Under the pieces are notes generated by a model. It saw nothing but the letters and a program-made list of their open reading frames with translations. It had not been told where the DNA came from and did no database searches. A DNA stretch of 64,000 nucleotides from Octopus bimaculoides (Eukaryota). Shown one piece after another: positions 39,601 to 53,305 of the stretch. The translations under genes were made by a program, and so were the position numbers. The stretch's first letter is position 1. Each line of letters starts with the position of its first letter. The stretch lies in NCBI RefSeq assembly GCF_001194135.2, contig NC_068990.1, forward strand, positions 70,476,452 to 70,540,451, read 5' to 3'.

Positions 39601-39882
39601 CATGTAATCATTACACTTCAAAGAATCAAAATAAGAATTACCTGGCTGTTGAATGGCAGTTAATTTATATACCTATGGTGTGTTTATACACTTCTGGTAT
39701 ATTAATTTATACACCTATGGAGTGTTGTGTTGAAATATCAAAACTACATAGAGAATTTATTATTGAAAGTGAGAAAAATGAAACTACTTGGTACAAAACC
39801 ATATGGTATTGCTTTATTAATTTATCTATCTTTTATAAAGTAAGTTTGCATGGATGTTCCATCTCCTTATCTCCACTTAAAC

Positions 39883-40038
39883 ATGGATGTTCTGATAGAA
39901 CAAACTATACTGTGGTAGTTACCATGAAAGAAACTCTCATATTGGCTTTTGGTGCAAAATGCACTCTTGTAAAAGCCAATATGAGAGTTTCTCTCATGGT
40001 ACCTACCACAATATAATTTGTTCTAACAGAACATCCAT
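39883..40038. repeat. Inverted repeat, 68-bp arms with 20-nt loop
   Basis: 39883-39950 versus the reverse complement of 39971-40038 shows 5 mismatches by manual alignment. Confidence 0.9.
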
Positions 40039-40044
40039 ATTTAA

Positions 40045-40265
40045 CCCTTTTATTACCAACCCAGCTGAAACCAGCTCTGGCTCTGTAGTACAAATGTCTT
40101 GTTTTCATAAGTTTTGAATTGAAATCTTCCACCAAACCTTAGTAACAATTTAGGTTCCTAATACTAGCTTAATAATAACCAAGTTATTTTACTAAAGTCT
40201 TTGTTATATTTAAAATAATTGAAAGAAATACAGTGTATCTTAAAATAAATATGGTAATGAAAGGG
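40045..40265. mobile_element. piggyBac-like MITE
   Basis: TTAA|cccttttattacc ... ggtaatgaaaggg|ttca: CCC..GGG termini, 12/13 TIR match and a TTAA-like TSD. Related fragments occur near 18936-19135 and 39060-39290. Confidence 0.6.
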
Positions 40266-41617
40266 TTCAGTAGGGATAAATATTACCTCTCAATATTAAT
40301 ACTTCGTTTCTCACTAATAAATAGTTCCATCTATTGTAACTACTTATAAACAGTTATTTAGCTAGATAAGGGACCATGAAGATGAGAAATGTGGATTAAA
40401 GGGAAGGAGGGAACAAAAGCAAGAACATCAGCATCATATCCCAATGGCCATTCAACAGCTGAGTGGTTAGGAAAAGATTTCGATCTCTCTCTCCACTGGA
40501 AAGGAAGTCATACATTATTATCACCATATTTGGAGGGAAAAAAAAATGCCTGTTTAGCAATTTTTATTCTCATGAATAGGCTAAGATGGTGATATGACAG
40601 CCTTTAAATGCCAGAGCGAAATCCAAAGAATATTTGAAGTTCAGTAATTTAACAGTTCTATATACTGAATGTTTTATTCTGAAATATCAACCATATGGAC
40701 AAATTATTATGGAAAGTGAAGGAATAAATTGTGATACAAAACCTGTACTGTGTGGGATTATCAACTCAATAATAGTTACATGCCCTACCTCAACAAAATT
40801 AGTCACAAAAGAATCTTAAAGCAATACTTAATGTTGTTGCCGTCATCATTGCTGCCATCTTTTGCAATAGTGATAGTGGTAGGGGTGGTGGTGGCAGCGG
40901 CGGTGGCAGTGGTGCTATTTTTAATTGGCATTCTCGTTTCAAATATATCACTTGGGAAAGCTAAAAACATCCCAGTTTATCCTTTCCCTACCCTTAAAAT
41001 CTCCATCTTCATAATCGTGGTAAAAAAAAGGAATAATAAAAAGGAAAAAATAAATGCTTATATTTTTTGCTTGGTTTGACTTGTATGTTGATGAAGTGTG
41101 ATTTTTTTTTTTGTGTGTGTGTATGTGATGATGTTTGTAAGAGCAACATTAATAATGATGATGATAATAATAATGATGATGTGCAGCAGTCAGTTAGCAC
41201 TTGGTATTTACAGCAGTAGCTACTTTACATGTGACTGATGTCTGTGAACTTTGGTTGAACTTGTCTTCTCACCCCAAACATGTACGCACCACTTTCTCCC
41301 CTTCATCACACTGTCCTACACCTACATTCATCACAAACCCCACCACATACACATGTGCGCAAATACATAAATATTGACATAAACACACAAAGCCAATAAA
41401 AGAATATATATATACATATAACTGAACAACCGTGTATGTTAAAATACACAATTACACACACAACTGAACACAATTACAGCACACATTTTCTCTCATACAT
41501 AAACTCGTTTTTGATAGAGACAGAGAGAGATTAAAATAACGTAGTAAATATATGCATACACAAAAGAAAGCTGAAGGAAGCTACTGTTGACAACCAACTC
41601 ATTATCTGACAAGATAG

Positions 41618-41679
<62 letters not shown>

Positions 41680-41804
41680 NNNNNNNNNNNNNNNNNNNNN
41701 NNNNNNNNNNNNNNNNNNNNNNNNNNNNNNNNNNNNNNNNNNNNNNNNNNNNNNNNNNNNNNNNNNNNNNNNNNNNNNNNNNNNNNNNNNNNNNNNNNNN
41801 NNNN

Positions 41805-41845
<41 letters not shown>

Positions 41846-42744
41846 ATACACACACTCACACCTATCTCTCCATCCATTGAATCATTTCCTCTATTTACCC
41901 AGAAGAAACATCATCCTGCTCATCCTAATATCACAGACCTCAGACTCACTGATATGCTAACATAACATGTTTGGTCCACCATAATAAACTTTCCAACATT
42001 CCTCTTTCACAGCAAACTTCCACTCCTTTACCATTTTCTTCTCTCTGTTCTTCAGTACTATTCAAAATATATTTCATTTGTAATCTTAGCTTCTTTCCTT
42101 TATCACAAACTTTATTCATACAAGTCAACAATAGATGTTTTAATACTTAAAGGTGTGAGAAGGCAGTGATGTGGCAGAAATAGTAAAGTACAGGGTTAAA
42201 TATATTTAGAACCTCCCATTACATTTTGATATCATATTCCAAAAGGTCAGCTTACATTTCATTTCTCTGGGAATGGGTAAAATAAGTACCACTCATGTAT
42301 TGAAGTAAAAATATTTGTGAGTTTTGGGCCTATTGGAAGATATATCCAAAGAATCCAGGGCTTGGTCTATGTCAGCAAGTAACTCTAATGACAAAAACAA
42401 ACTAAAAACAATACAAAAGTGACTATGCCAATGTATTTTAGACTGTGAAAAGCAGAAAGAGACATCAACATTTCAGACAATTTGTCCTTTGTCAAGATGA
42501 GTTGAGAAAAATATATGTTATCTATATATAAAGACTAACACCCAAACATTTTTTTCACGGATCATGTAGAGGTTTATAGACTCTATTGTTTGATTCCAGG
42601 TTTGTAATGTTAAAATAAGGAGTTGTCTACCTGGCTACAATAGTAAAATATCACAGACATCTTTTTCTTCTTTCTTTTTTTCTAGTTTAGATTAATTTAG
42701 ACATGTATAATTACCATTGTTAGAAATAAAATAAAATTCCAATT

Positions 42745-43100
42745 CCGTCATCATCATCATTATTTAATGTCTGTTCTCCATACTGGCATTGATTGGATAA
42801 TTTGATAGAAGCTGGCAAGGCCAGGAGCCACACCAGGTTCCATTGTCTGTTTCATCATGATTTCTACTGCTAGGTATCCTTCCTAATGCCAACCATTTTA
42901 CAGAATGTACTGAGTGCTTTTTATGTGGCACCAGCACTAACAGGGGCACTGAGTACCTTGTAAGACAAAACCCCCTCAACTAGGCATGGGGAGTAGTATT
43001 GAGAGTGTGTAGCTTTATGCCCATTAGAGATTTAAGGTATAGAAGGAACAGATATAGGTGTCTTGCTGTAGAGTAGTTACATGGATGCTCCAGTTCGAAA
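42745..43100 (-). mobile_element. RTE 3'-UTR-type fragment
   Basis: catcatcatcattatttaatgtctg...ccttcctaatgccaacc. Confidence 0.7.
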
Positions 43101-44051
43101 AGAAAAGAGAATGAGTAAGATGAAGAGAACAATAGTGGGAGAGAGATGATGGCAAAAATGTATCAGTACATACCCTCAAGGGACATTGGGGGTGGTGAGA
43201 ACAGATGGGGTGATAGAGAGGTTTGGGTTGGGTGAGTGGGCAAGAGGAGGTAACTGTAGCAAATGATGGAGAGGAATAAAGGAGAGGCTCAGACTGGGCA
43301 GTTGCAGTAGGTATGTGAGGGCATTTAGAATAAGCAAGGTGTTGTTGATGGAGAGCAGCACAGGGAGGAGAGAGAAAGTGCAGAAAGGAGGTGATTAATG
43401 GGGGGAAGAGAGGTAACTGTGGTGGGGTAAGGAAGGTAACTGACAAAACCAAGGAATGTAGTATGTGCCTATTCTGCTCTCAGGTGTGGGTATTAGGCGA
43501 TGAAATGTGTGGGGAGAAGGTTGATAGGACAGATAGGATGGAGATAAGAATTACCAAAGTGGTTTTAGGATATCAGTTCTGCTGTGGTAGAAGGGTCTTC
43601 TTGAGTACAGCAAAGTGCCAGATAAATTTGCTAATAATGTATTAGTTATTTGGCTGTTTTATCATTAGAACTTGAACATTACAAAGATGGAAACAATCAT
43701 AAGCAACTACTATTTTTACCATCTTCATTCTTTTTCACTTCTCAGTGACCATCAATATAAGGAGATTTGTTCTGCTGTGTCACACAACCACAGTCTGTCG
43801 TCTTTAAGAACATTGATGAAAATAATATTCTTATCGTTGCCACACCTTTAACATGCCAGGTATGAAAAGAAATCTTAGCTATTTTGTCCCCGTATGGGTT
43901 ACACTTGTCTTTGATCTCTAACACCAGGAGTTTCCTGTCAAATCATTCCATTGCAATACAAATGGATGGTACACACACACGTAGCCACTTTCTAACTTAT
44001 ACTCTAATAATTCTAATGTACAAATCCAGTGCTTGTTAAACAGTTTTAACT

Positions 44052-44290
44052 CATCATCATCATCATTTAATGTCCGTTTTCCATGCTAGCATGGGTTGGA
44101 CGATTTGACTGGGGACTGATCTGATCTGGCAGAGTTTCTACAGCTGGATGCCCTTCCTAACGCCAATCACTCCGAGAGTGTAGTGGGTGCTTTTTACGTG
44201 CCACCGGCACGAAGGCCAGTCCGGCGGTACTGGCAACGGCCACGCTCAAATGGTGTGTTTTACATGCCACTTTTTGTTTTACTAGAACTT
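44052..44290 (-). mobile_element. RTE 3'-UTR-type fragment, relatively young
   Basis: catcatcatttaatgtccgttttccatgctagcatgggttggacg...acgtgccaccggcacgaaggccag. CpGs are retained. Confidence 0.8.
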
Positions 44291-44474
44291 TTCAACCCCC
44301 ACCTTTGCTATAATTCAACAAAATTGAATACACCACAAAAAAAATTGCTATCAACAGGCTTATCATCATTAAAAAACTGCTTGCACATAAATTTATTTCC
44401 TCAACATGATTTGGAATGTTTATAATTTCAAATGATAATTAAATTATATATTATATATATAATTATATATAGAT

Positions 44475-44762
44475 AACAATTGCAGCGTGAAAGGTGTTTA
44501 TAAGCCATTCAAAATAACACACAAAATCCGTTAGATTCACTTCAACATTTAAATTTAATTTGTCAAAATATTTTCGTCGCTTTGAGACCGCGACCTGTTC
44601 ACTGACAAAATTCTGTGCTGCACAGAACGCTGCACAGAGATGCAGCACAGAATTTTGTCAGTGAACAGGTCGCGGTCTCAAAGCGACGAAAATATTTTGA
44701 ATCTAACAGATTTTGTGTGTTATTTTAAATGGCTTATAAACACCTTCCACGCTGCAATTGTT
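44475..44762. repeat. Long palindrome with perfect 59-bp inner arms, possibly Penelope-like element derived
   Basis: 44564-44622 is the exact reverse complement of 44641-44699, with an 18-nt loop. The outer arms extend to 44475 and 44762 with one indel of about 25 bp. The Penelope assignment is an inference. Confidence 0.9.
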
Positions 44763-47700
44763 TTCGTTCCAGCACACGATCTCAGATCAGGTCACTTGCT
44801 ATGCAAGTGCATCTCCGTAATATATATAGATATTATATCTTCTAATACCTTTGTTGATAGCTTTGTTGATTTACATGCATAAGGGATTTTTACTCAATTC
44901 AGTTTATTTACTTCTTTACATTGCTTCTTACATTTCAAAGATTATCGTTATTGTGGCTTTGTGTGTGTTTTTTCTAAGATGCTAGAGCAGAAACAACGAA
45001 GTGGTAAATATCAATCCTTGTGGGCTACCTAAGAGGATGATATTCTGACTATATCAGTGTAGTAGGACTTAATTTTTTATTGTTCTTTATCAATTTCATA
45101 AAGCATTTTTGTCAAATTTCAAATATTTCTCATTAAAAAGCAGGAGTGATACAAAAGAACAAGAAAATTAGTGTAAAAAACTTCCTAAGTTAAATCAAGA
45201 AATTTTTTATTAGTTATACTTTTTACTTTTATTTTGAAATTTACATGAGTCAAGGAGGCAATAAGTTATTCGATGAAAGGAGTCATCAATGGGATAAGAA
45301 GTTTGCTGACCCCTGGTCGAGAATATGATTCAAGAGAGAAATTTGTCTGCCATTTCTAGCAGGTCAAACTGCTATGAAGAAACTTTGATTGTCTTTCTTG
45401 ATGATGTCACATATACAACTTTCGTAAAACTGCTTTGCAAAAATAAGTTTCCTGAAAGTCAGCAAAGTTTCAGCTCTGAATTGTTACTTACCCGCTACAA
45501 AGCACAAGATCCATATTAGAATATTGCACACATACCTGGAACATCTACGACACACACATACGGTCATTCTAAACCCTATCTCAATGAAGGACAGATTCAT
45601 TACGTCTATAGGTAGCATTCTGTTGATTACGATGACGAGAATTCCAGATGGTCCAATCAATGGAACAGCCTACTCATGAAGTTAATGTGCAAGTGGTTGA
45701 GTACTCCACAGACACCTTTTGTGCACCCTTAACATAGTTCTCAGGAACATTTAGTGTGACACAGAATGTGATAAGGCTGACTATTTAAAATACAAGTACT
45801 ACTCATTTTTGCCAGCTGAGGGGACTGGAGCAACATGAAATAAAGTATCCTGCACAAGGGCACAACACATGACTGGGAATCAAGCTCACACGATCACAAA
45901 CTGAATACTCCTTGTATATATGTGTGTGTTTGTTTGTTTTTATGTTTGGTTCTCCTCCCACATAGATGCACTCATTCTTCTTTTTGCTTCTATTACAATG
46001 ACCTTTGTTCTCTGTAGTGACCTCTCTTCTCATCATCCCTACAGTGGTCCATGTCTCTATTTGATACCATTACCATATTTTTACACACTAAACTTTCCTT
46101 ATTAGATGCTGTGATTCTGAATTATATGATTATATGAACAATATGTCTTCATCTCTAAGTGAAATAATTTTTGTCTGTAGATATTATTATAATTGCTATT
46201 TTATTAGTTCAATGTAACAATGTCGTCATATTACAGCTGTCTTTAAATATTATGATTCCGTTGTTTAATGTTTTGATTCTCTGATTAGGCATTCGATGAT
46301 ATTTCAACTTTAAATAATGCTATTCTGTTTTTAAATGTGATAATTGAGACAATCATCTAATAAAACTTTGTCTGAAGACACGATTCTATTATCAAAATTG
46401 ATTTGTCTGACAATTCTACTTTGTAAACATTATTGCTACAAGATCAGTTGGTACAGCACATACTAGCTATAGGTGTATAGGTGTGACAAGAAATCGGTTG
46501 AATAGAAAATTTGTGAAATGTCACAAACAGTAATATTTGTTTGACTTGTAAAAATATATTTCTTAAAATATCAATTTTAACATGCGCTCTCTACAAATAA
46601 TTTCATTAAAATAACTAAATAAATGGCTCCAGCTGGTTGGTAAATTATTCCATTTTGTTATTCTTCATTTTGTTATTTTGGCAGAAAAAGCTGTGAAAAT
46701 TGTTATCTTGTAATTAAATTGAGAAATCTTTCAATACAAATTATGAAAGATTTTTGTTCTTCTGGTGCCTTCCACCATAGATATATGGTTTTCAGCCCAT
46801 ATTGTGCTGTTGACAGCAGCTGTTAATCAATACATTTATGATAATAGGGAATAATCAGTGTATTAGCCAGTCTTCAATGCTTAACTGTGTATTAGTTATG
46901 ACTATATGTAGACACTGTAGGTAGACTGGTGTTGAAGTTCCAGTCAAGACAAGTCTGCTATGCAGATTTGATTGTTAGTTAAGACATTCACTTAATCCCT
47001 GTATCTGAAATTTCCATTTGTAGTCAATAAGTTACATAGTGATGGTTTCCATTAGGCTGACTCACTCCATCAAGTCTTGACAAACTACATGGAAACAAAA
47101 CTTTCAGTGATTGCCAAACAGTCCATTAAAAGGTTCTACAGTATTTAGCAATAATTATGCAGTGCCAGTCATTATGAAATAGTTTACTTAGTGGAAACAG
47201 GTTTTACACTAGGAATATGTGCAAATATTCCTCCTCCTCCTCTTCATCATCATCACCATCATCATCATCATCACCACCACCACCACCACTGTTGTTGTTG
47301 TCATTATTACTACACCCACCATTTTCCATGCTAGTTTGAAAATGCTAGATCTACTGGATTTAATTTTGTCATCTCTCTTATGATATCTAACATCCTAATA
47401 TCTGACACACTACCACTTCTTACCAGCTCTCCCTCTCACCCCCATCATCAACACCCATGGCTATCATCTCTTTTCTGCATAAATCAAGCCAACTCCTTTA
47501 ATGTCTAACCACTGTTTCACCTCACTTGTGCTCTGTCTTTCATGCAGCTTAACATTTCACATCCAATAGATTTATACCCTACTTTCCACCACCTCACCCT
47601 CTACACATATCTTTTACTGTCAATGTCTCTAAGTTATTACTATGTAACATCACACCTCTTTAACGTCTTTCATTTATTTTGCCATTCATTCACCAAGAAA

Positions 47701-48072
47701 TATTTCATTATCAGTGGATGCACCAGCTCTTTCATTCTTCGTCTGCCTCAATCTAAGGACTGTAATTTCACTCCATCACTGTTGATAAAATCATCATCAT
47801 TGTGATAATTTTAACATCCACTTTACCATGCATGCATAAATTAGATTTTCCACAACCAGATGCCATTCCTGTTGCCAATCTTCACCTATTTCCAAGCAAA
47901 GTAATATTTTCCTATGGCCAGACATGTTTGTGCTGGACACTGGAAACGAATGACACTCCTTGTACGACAATGACACTTATTAATAACTATCTTGTGCAAA
48001 TTTCTGGCCTCGTGCCTGTTAGAAGCTATTATCATTGTTACAATTATTGTTGTTGTTGTTATTACTATTATT

Positions 48073-48512
48073 GCAAGCTGGCAGAATTGTTAGCACGCTA
48101 GGCAAAATGCTTGGTGGTATTTCACCTGTCTTTATGTTCTGAGTTCAAATTCCACCAAGGTCAACTTTGCCTTTCATCCTTTTGGGGGTCAATAAATTAA
48201 GTATCAGTGAAACATTGGGGGTCGACGTAAGTGGCTTATCCCCTCCCACCAAAATGGCTGCGCTTGTGGCAAAATTTGAAACCATGCTTATTATTATTAT
48301 TATTATAAAGGCTGGCAGAATCGTTAGTATGCTGGGCAAAACACTTAATAGTATTTCATCCATTTTTATGTTCCAAGTTCAAATTCCGCCAAGGTTGTCT
48401 TTGTCTTTCATCCTTTTGAGGTCAATAGAATAAGTTATCAGTTGAGCACTGGAGTTGATGTAACCGACTTACCCTCTCCTTAAAATTGCTAGCCTTGTGC
48501 CAAAATTTGAAA
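48073..48512 (+). mobile_element. Two head-to-tail (ATT)n-tailed SINE copies
   Basis: Units start gcaagctggcagaattgttagc (48073) and aggctggcagaatcgttagt (about 48308), separated by (ATT)n. Confidence 0.8.
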
Positions 48513-49129
48513 TATTTATTGTTGTTGCTTTGTTGAAGACACAGTAATATGATATTTTGTGGTGTGCAAAACAATACACTGAATGAATATATATATAGGG
48601 TGCCCATATGTTACCTAAACCGGAGCATCTCTTGCAATCCATCAGTTTGAGAAAGTTTCATTCAGAAACTTTTGAACACTAAACTCTCAATGAGGTGGCA
48701 CACCAACTTGTAAAATATATGTTGGTTGCAAATAAAAATAAATGGAATGGTCATACTGAAACATCTTTGATCACTGGGCTAACCTAGAACTAAAAGACAA
48801 CATGTAGACCTTGTCATAAGCTGTGGACTTGGAACTCTGAGTAGCTGTGGCCTTTGAAGAGATTAACTATACTTGAAGTTAGGTCTTCCTATTAGAATTG
48901 CTAGAATAGTAAGTCAAATGGGACAGGTCTTGTCATGTGGCTTAGAAGTTTACATCATAAAACTCTTCTTGGTTTAATCCTTATCTACAGCACTCTTGCT
49001 AAGTGTCCTTCAAAGCATTAGGTTGACAAATTTCATGTGAGTAAAATTTGGCAGACAGGAAACTATGTGATAGCTCAAAACGCACACACATGCATTTATG
49101 TGTGTGTGTGTGTATGTGTACATATATAA

Positions 49130-49426
49130 TCATCATCATCATTGGTTAACATCCACTTTCCATGTTGGCATGGGTTGGACAGGTTGACAGGAATTAGCCT
49201 GACAGGAACTTGTACCAGAGTCCTGTCTGTTTTGGCAAGGTTTTTATGGCTGGTTACCCTTCCTAACACCAACCACCCAGTAGAATGGACTGAGTACTTT
49301 TTACATGGCACAAGCACAAGCAAGGTTAGTTTTGGCAAGGTTTTTACAGTTGGGTGCCCTTCCAAGTACCAACCACTTTACAGTGTAGACTGGATGCTTT
49401 TTACGTTGCATTAGCATATATATATA

Positions 49427-49467
<41 letters not shown>

Positions 49468-50281
49468 NNNNNNNNNNATGAGTGCTTAACACTGCATTAG
49501 GGGATAAAATTTATTTATTTATGGGTTATGGTCACCAGCGATTTCATGTTATGGGAAGTTCCTCAACAATTATCAAGCCTATCACATGAAACATTGGTGT
49601 CTATCTCCATTTTGGATTAATCCAATGTAGAGACGAACACCAGTGTTCCATGTGATAGGCCTTGATAATTGTTGGGGGCACTCCCTTGAACATGAAACCA
49701 ATGGCAGATTGGTTCCCGTGCTGGTGGCATGTAAAAAGCACCATTTGAGTATGATCGTTGCCAGCGTGCCTTACCAGCACATGTTCCGGTGGCACGTGAA
49801 AACAACATTCGAGCATGGTTGTTGCCAGTCCCACCAGACTGGCTCCCATGCAGGTAGCATGTAAAAAACACCTTTTGAGTGTGGTCGTTGCCAGAACTGC
49901 CTGACTTGCCCTTGTGCTGGTGGCACGTAAAAGCACCCACTACACTCTCAGAGTGGTTGGCGTTAGGAAGGGCATACAGCCTTAGAAAATTTGCCAGATC
50001 AGATTGAGCCTGGTGCAGCCTTCAGGCTCGCCAGTCCTCAGTCAAACCGTCCAACCCATGGCAGCATGGAAAGCGGACGTTAAACGGCAATGATGATAAT
50101 AATGATGATGATTGATTGCTAGCTAGCTAGATAGATAGATGCAGACATGGCTACTCCAGACCCATGTACTTACGAGTTCAATCCCAGTGCAGAAACTTTG
50201 TCAACTAACATTCTGCAATGTATTTGTTGGTTGGCCAATGCTTCATGAGTGAAATTTGTAGATAGAAACTGAAGAAGCCAG

Positions 50282-50320
<39 letters not shown>

Positions 50321-50648
50321 CACACACACACACACACATATCATCATCATCATCGTTTAACGTCCATTGTCCATGCTGACATGGGTTGGATGGTTTGACT
50401 GAGGTCTGGAGAGCCAGTGGGCTGAACCAGGCTCCAATCTGATCTGGCAATGTTTCTACAGCTGGATGCCCTTCCTAACGCCAACCACTCCGAAGGTGTA
50501 GCGGGTGCTATTTTTGTGCCACTGGCACAGGAGCCAGTCAGGTGGGCCTGGCATTGATCATGTTCAGATAGTGCTTTTTACGTGCCATCAGCATGGGAGC
50601 CAGTCAGGGAGCACTGGCATCGGCCACATTTGGATGGTGCTTTTTACT

Positions 50649-50650
<2 letters not shown>
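49130..50650. mobile_element. Cluster of three RTE 3'-UTR fragments in alternating orientation
   Basis: Fragments at 49130-49410 (-), about 49690-50100 (+) and 50340-50645 (-). Confidence 0.8.
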
Positions 50651-50686
<36 letters not shown>

Positions 50687-51723
50687 TGGAAGGTTTGGAG
50701 GTGATGTACAGGAATTATATTATAGAAAAAAATTAAGGTACTCAGAAATCTGGATGGTTGTACATTTACAGATTTTTATTAATATGTCACATGTTTTATA
50801 AATCATATAAAGCGCTTTTCACCTAATCTTGTAGGGTTTTCAAACTTTTGATTTCACCTTGCGATGCCGTCTCTTTATATAGTTTTATTGAGTGTGTAGG
50901 GGTGGAGAGAGAGATATATAGAATAGTAAGAGAGGGTGAGGAATGGAGGGAAAAGTGAGAGAGAGAGAGTTCAAATTTAGAGAAAACAAAAGACAAAGAC
51001 AGGTGTAAGGACAACAAGCAGATGTATTACTTTAATGCTCGAGAAGAATGGAAAAGTCTTTGACGTTTTGAGTCTACTCTCTTTGATAGAAAGGATTAAG
51101 AGGTAAAAAATGTGTAGGGATTAACAGTTTAACTTGATGAAATAGCTGGTATGTATATATATATGCGTGTGTGTGTGTGTGAATGATTTCATATTTTCAT
51201 CTTATCTTACGTGTATTTGCTGACTATGAACAAAATCACACATTTGTTATCAGATGCATGTAGTGGTATTGTATGTTTATAGGCAACCACAAAAGCATGC
51301 CCAGGTTTCTTGACAGTTCTTGACATATTGTGCAATCTTTCTGAGCAAAAAAAGCCTTGTATCTCTGTATGGGTTGTTTGTTTAAAAATGAGAGTTAGAA
51401 ATTGAAGGTGTGAAATGGGGGTGGTTGTTGTAAAATGATTAAAATGTTCTATTTCTGAATGCTTATCTTTTCCTTTTCAGATCTGTGCCCCTGGTACCCT
51501 CCCCCCCCACCATAAATTTGTCATATCTGCCCCATTGCCTTCCCCACCCCCACTCAGCACTGTATTGCATCATATAAGTATTTGAACAGATTCTCAAGAA
51601 ATATGATATATTGCATTACAATTCCTAAAGAGTTACTTCCTCCTTCCCTCATTTCTCTCCATAAATGAACAGAAAAAGATATTTTGGTGTTGGCATGACA
51701 TTTTGTCTTATAAAGAAATGTGT

Positions 51724-51822
<99 letters not shown>

Positions 51823-52214
51823 GATAGATAGATAGATATTTTTAAAAGTATCTAGAAAATACCTTTGACTTGTTATTTTTTAAGGATTTTCTTTTGTTCT
51901 GTGATGTTATTGAAATGGTAGAATTACTAACTGAATTCTTTATGGTAACTATTTTGGTATTTAATTATTCTATGTTCCTATCCCAAGTGGTGAAGCAAGA
52001 GTTCAACTTTGTTGTTTTCCATGTGGGAAAAATCATTCATAAATTAAGAATTCCTTATTATTTGAGTGCAGTGGACTTGACCTAATCAGGTGTAATGGAC
52101 TATTTACACTGTCTCAAGGTTCTAGGTTCAATCCCTTTGTGCTTTAACTTACTTTGTTAATGCATTAATAAAACAAACACTAATTATATATAAAAATTTA
52201 TTCAAATATATATG

Positions 52215-53290
52215 AGTGTAACTTATAACTAGGATAGCAAGAGTATTGATACCTGTTATCTTGATTTTCGCATTGAGCTCTACTTTTATTATTAATCTAA
52301 CTCATCGATAGTGTTCATTCTGTAGCTTCTCTCTCATTTGTGTGTGTTGTATTGTATCAAATTCATTGATTCCTAAGTATTTGTATGTCTTTGTTAGGTC
52401 TAATTCTCTTATTTCATTTTCTTTATCTAGTGTGATATTGTTACTCATAACTAGTTTTCCTCTTTTCAAGGTTGCTTTAGCACATTTTTCTAAGCCAAAT
52501 TTCAATTTTATTTCTTTGGTAAATCCATGCATTATCTTTAGTAATGTTTCCAGTTTATCATTTGTTGCATAGTTTTAGGTCATCCATATACTAGAGATGG
52601 CTGATTGTTTTACCATAGCAGTTGTATCCACATCCAGTTTTGTTTAACATGTCAGTTAAAAGTGTTAGTGCCAGACAGAAAAGGAGTGGAGAGAGTGAAT
52701 CTCCTTGGAACATTGCTCTTCTAATGGGGTTGGCTTTAGTTTTTATGATTCTTTTGTCTATAGCTGCAGAACTGTTTGCCATTCATTCATGGCATGTTTT
52801 ATATTATTTTATTAGTTTTGGTACTTCTTTTTCATGGCTAGTTTTTTTTAGGATCCATGTGTGGGGGATACTGTTAAAAGCCGTCTTGTAATCGATTCAA
52901 GCCATACTTAGACCCTTCTTTTTCTTTTGGCAGTCTTCAGTTATGGCCTTTGTTGGTCAGTAGTTGATTTTCACAGCCATATGAGCCTTTGCAGCATCCT
53001 TTCTGCTCTTCTGGAAACAGACTGTTTTCTTCTAGATGTCTGCCATTGTTTGCAATATTATTGCAATTAAGGCTTTGCAGCTTGTAGGGAGACATGTTAT
53101 GGGTCTGTAGTTCTGTGGGTTTGTCGTTTCAGTGGATTTGAGAATTAGAATGGTTTTCCTTTCTGTGAGGCATTCAGGTGTTGTCTCTGGTTCTGTTAGC
53201 ATCTCATTGAACTTCTCTGCCAGCACCTTATGTATCCTTGTTAAATATTTTAGCCAGGAATTGGGGATCTTATCATGCCCTGGCACCTTC
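52215..53290 (-). mobile_element. R4/Dong-clade non-LTR retrotransposon reverse transcriptase remnant
   Basis: PGHDKIPNSWLK, NYRPITCLPT, FQGDSLSPLLFCLAL, YMDDLKLYA, FGLEKCAK, YKYLGI and VRLIIKVELNAKIKITGINTLA, with stops and frameshifts. Confidence 0.85.
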
Positions 53291-53305
53291 CTGCTGATTA
53301 TTATT

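Noticed and set aside
44979-45003. 25-nt ATG-starting plus-strand mini-exon (MLEQKQRS)
   Set aside because: AAG acceptor and gtaaat donor are weak, and there is no similarity to UBA6 N-termini that I can support.
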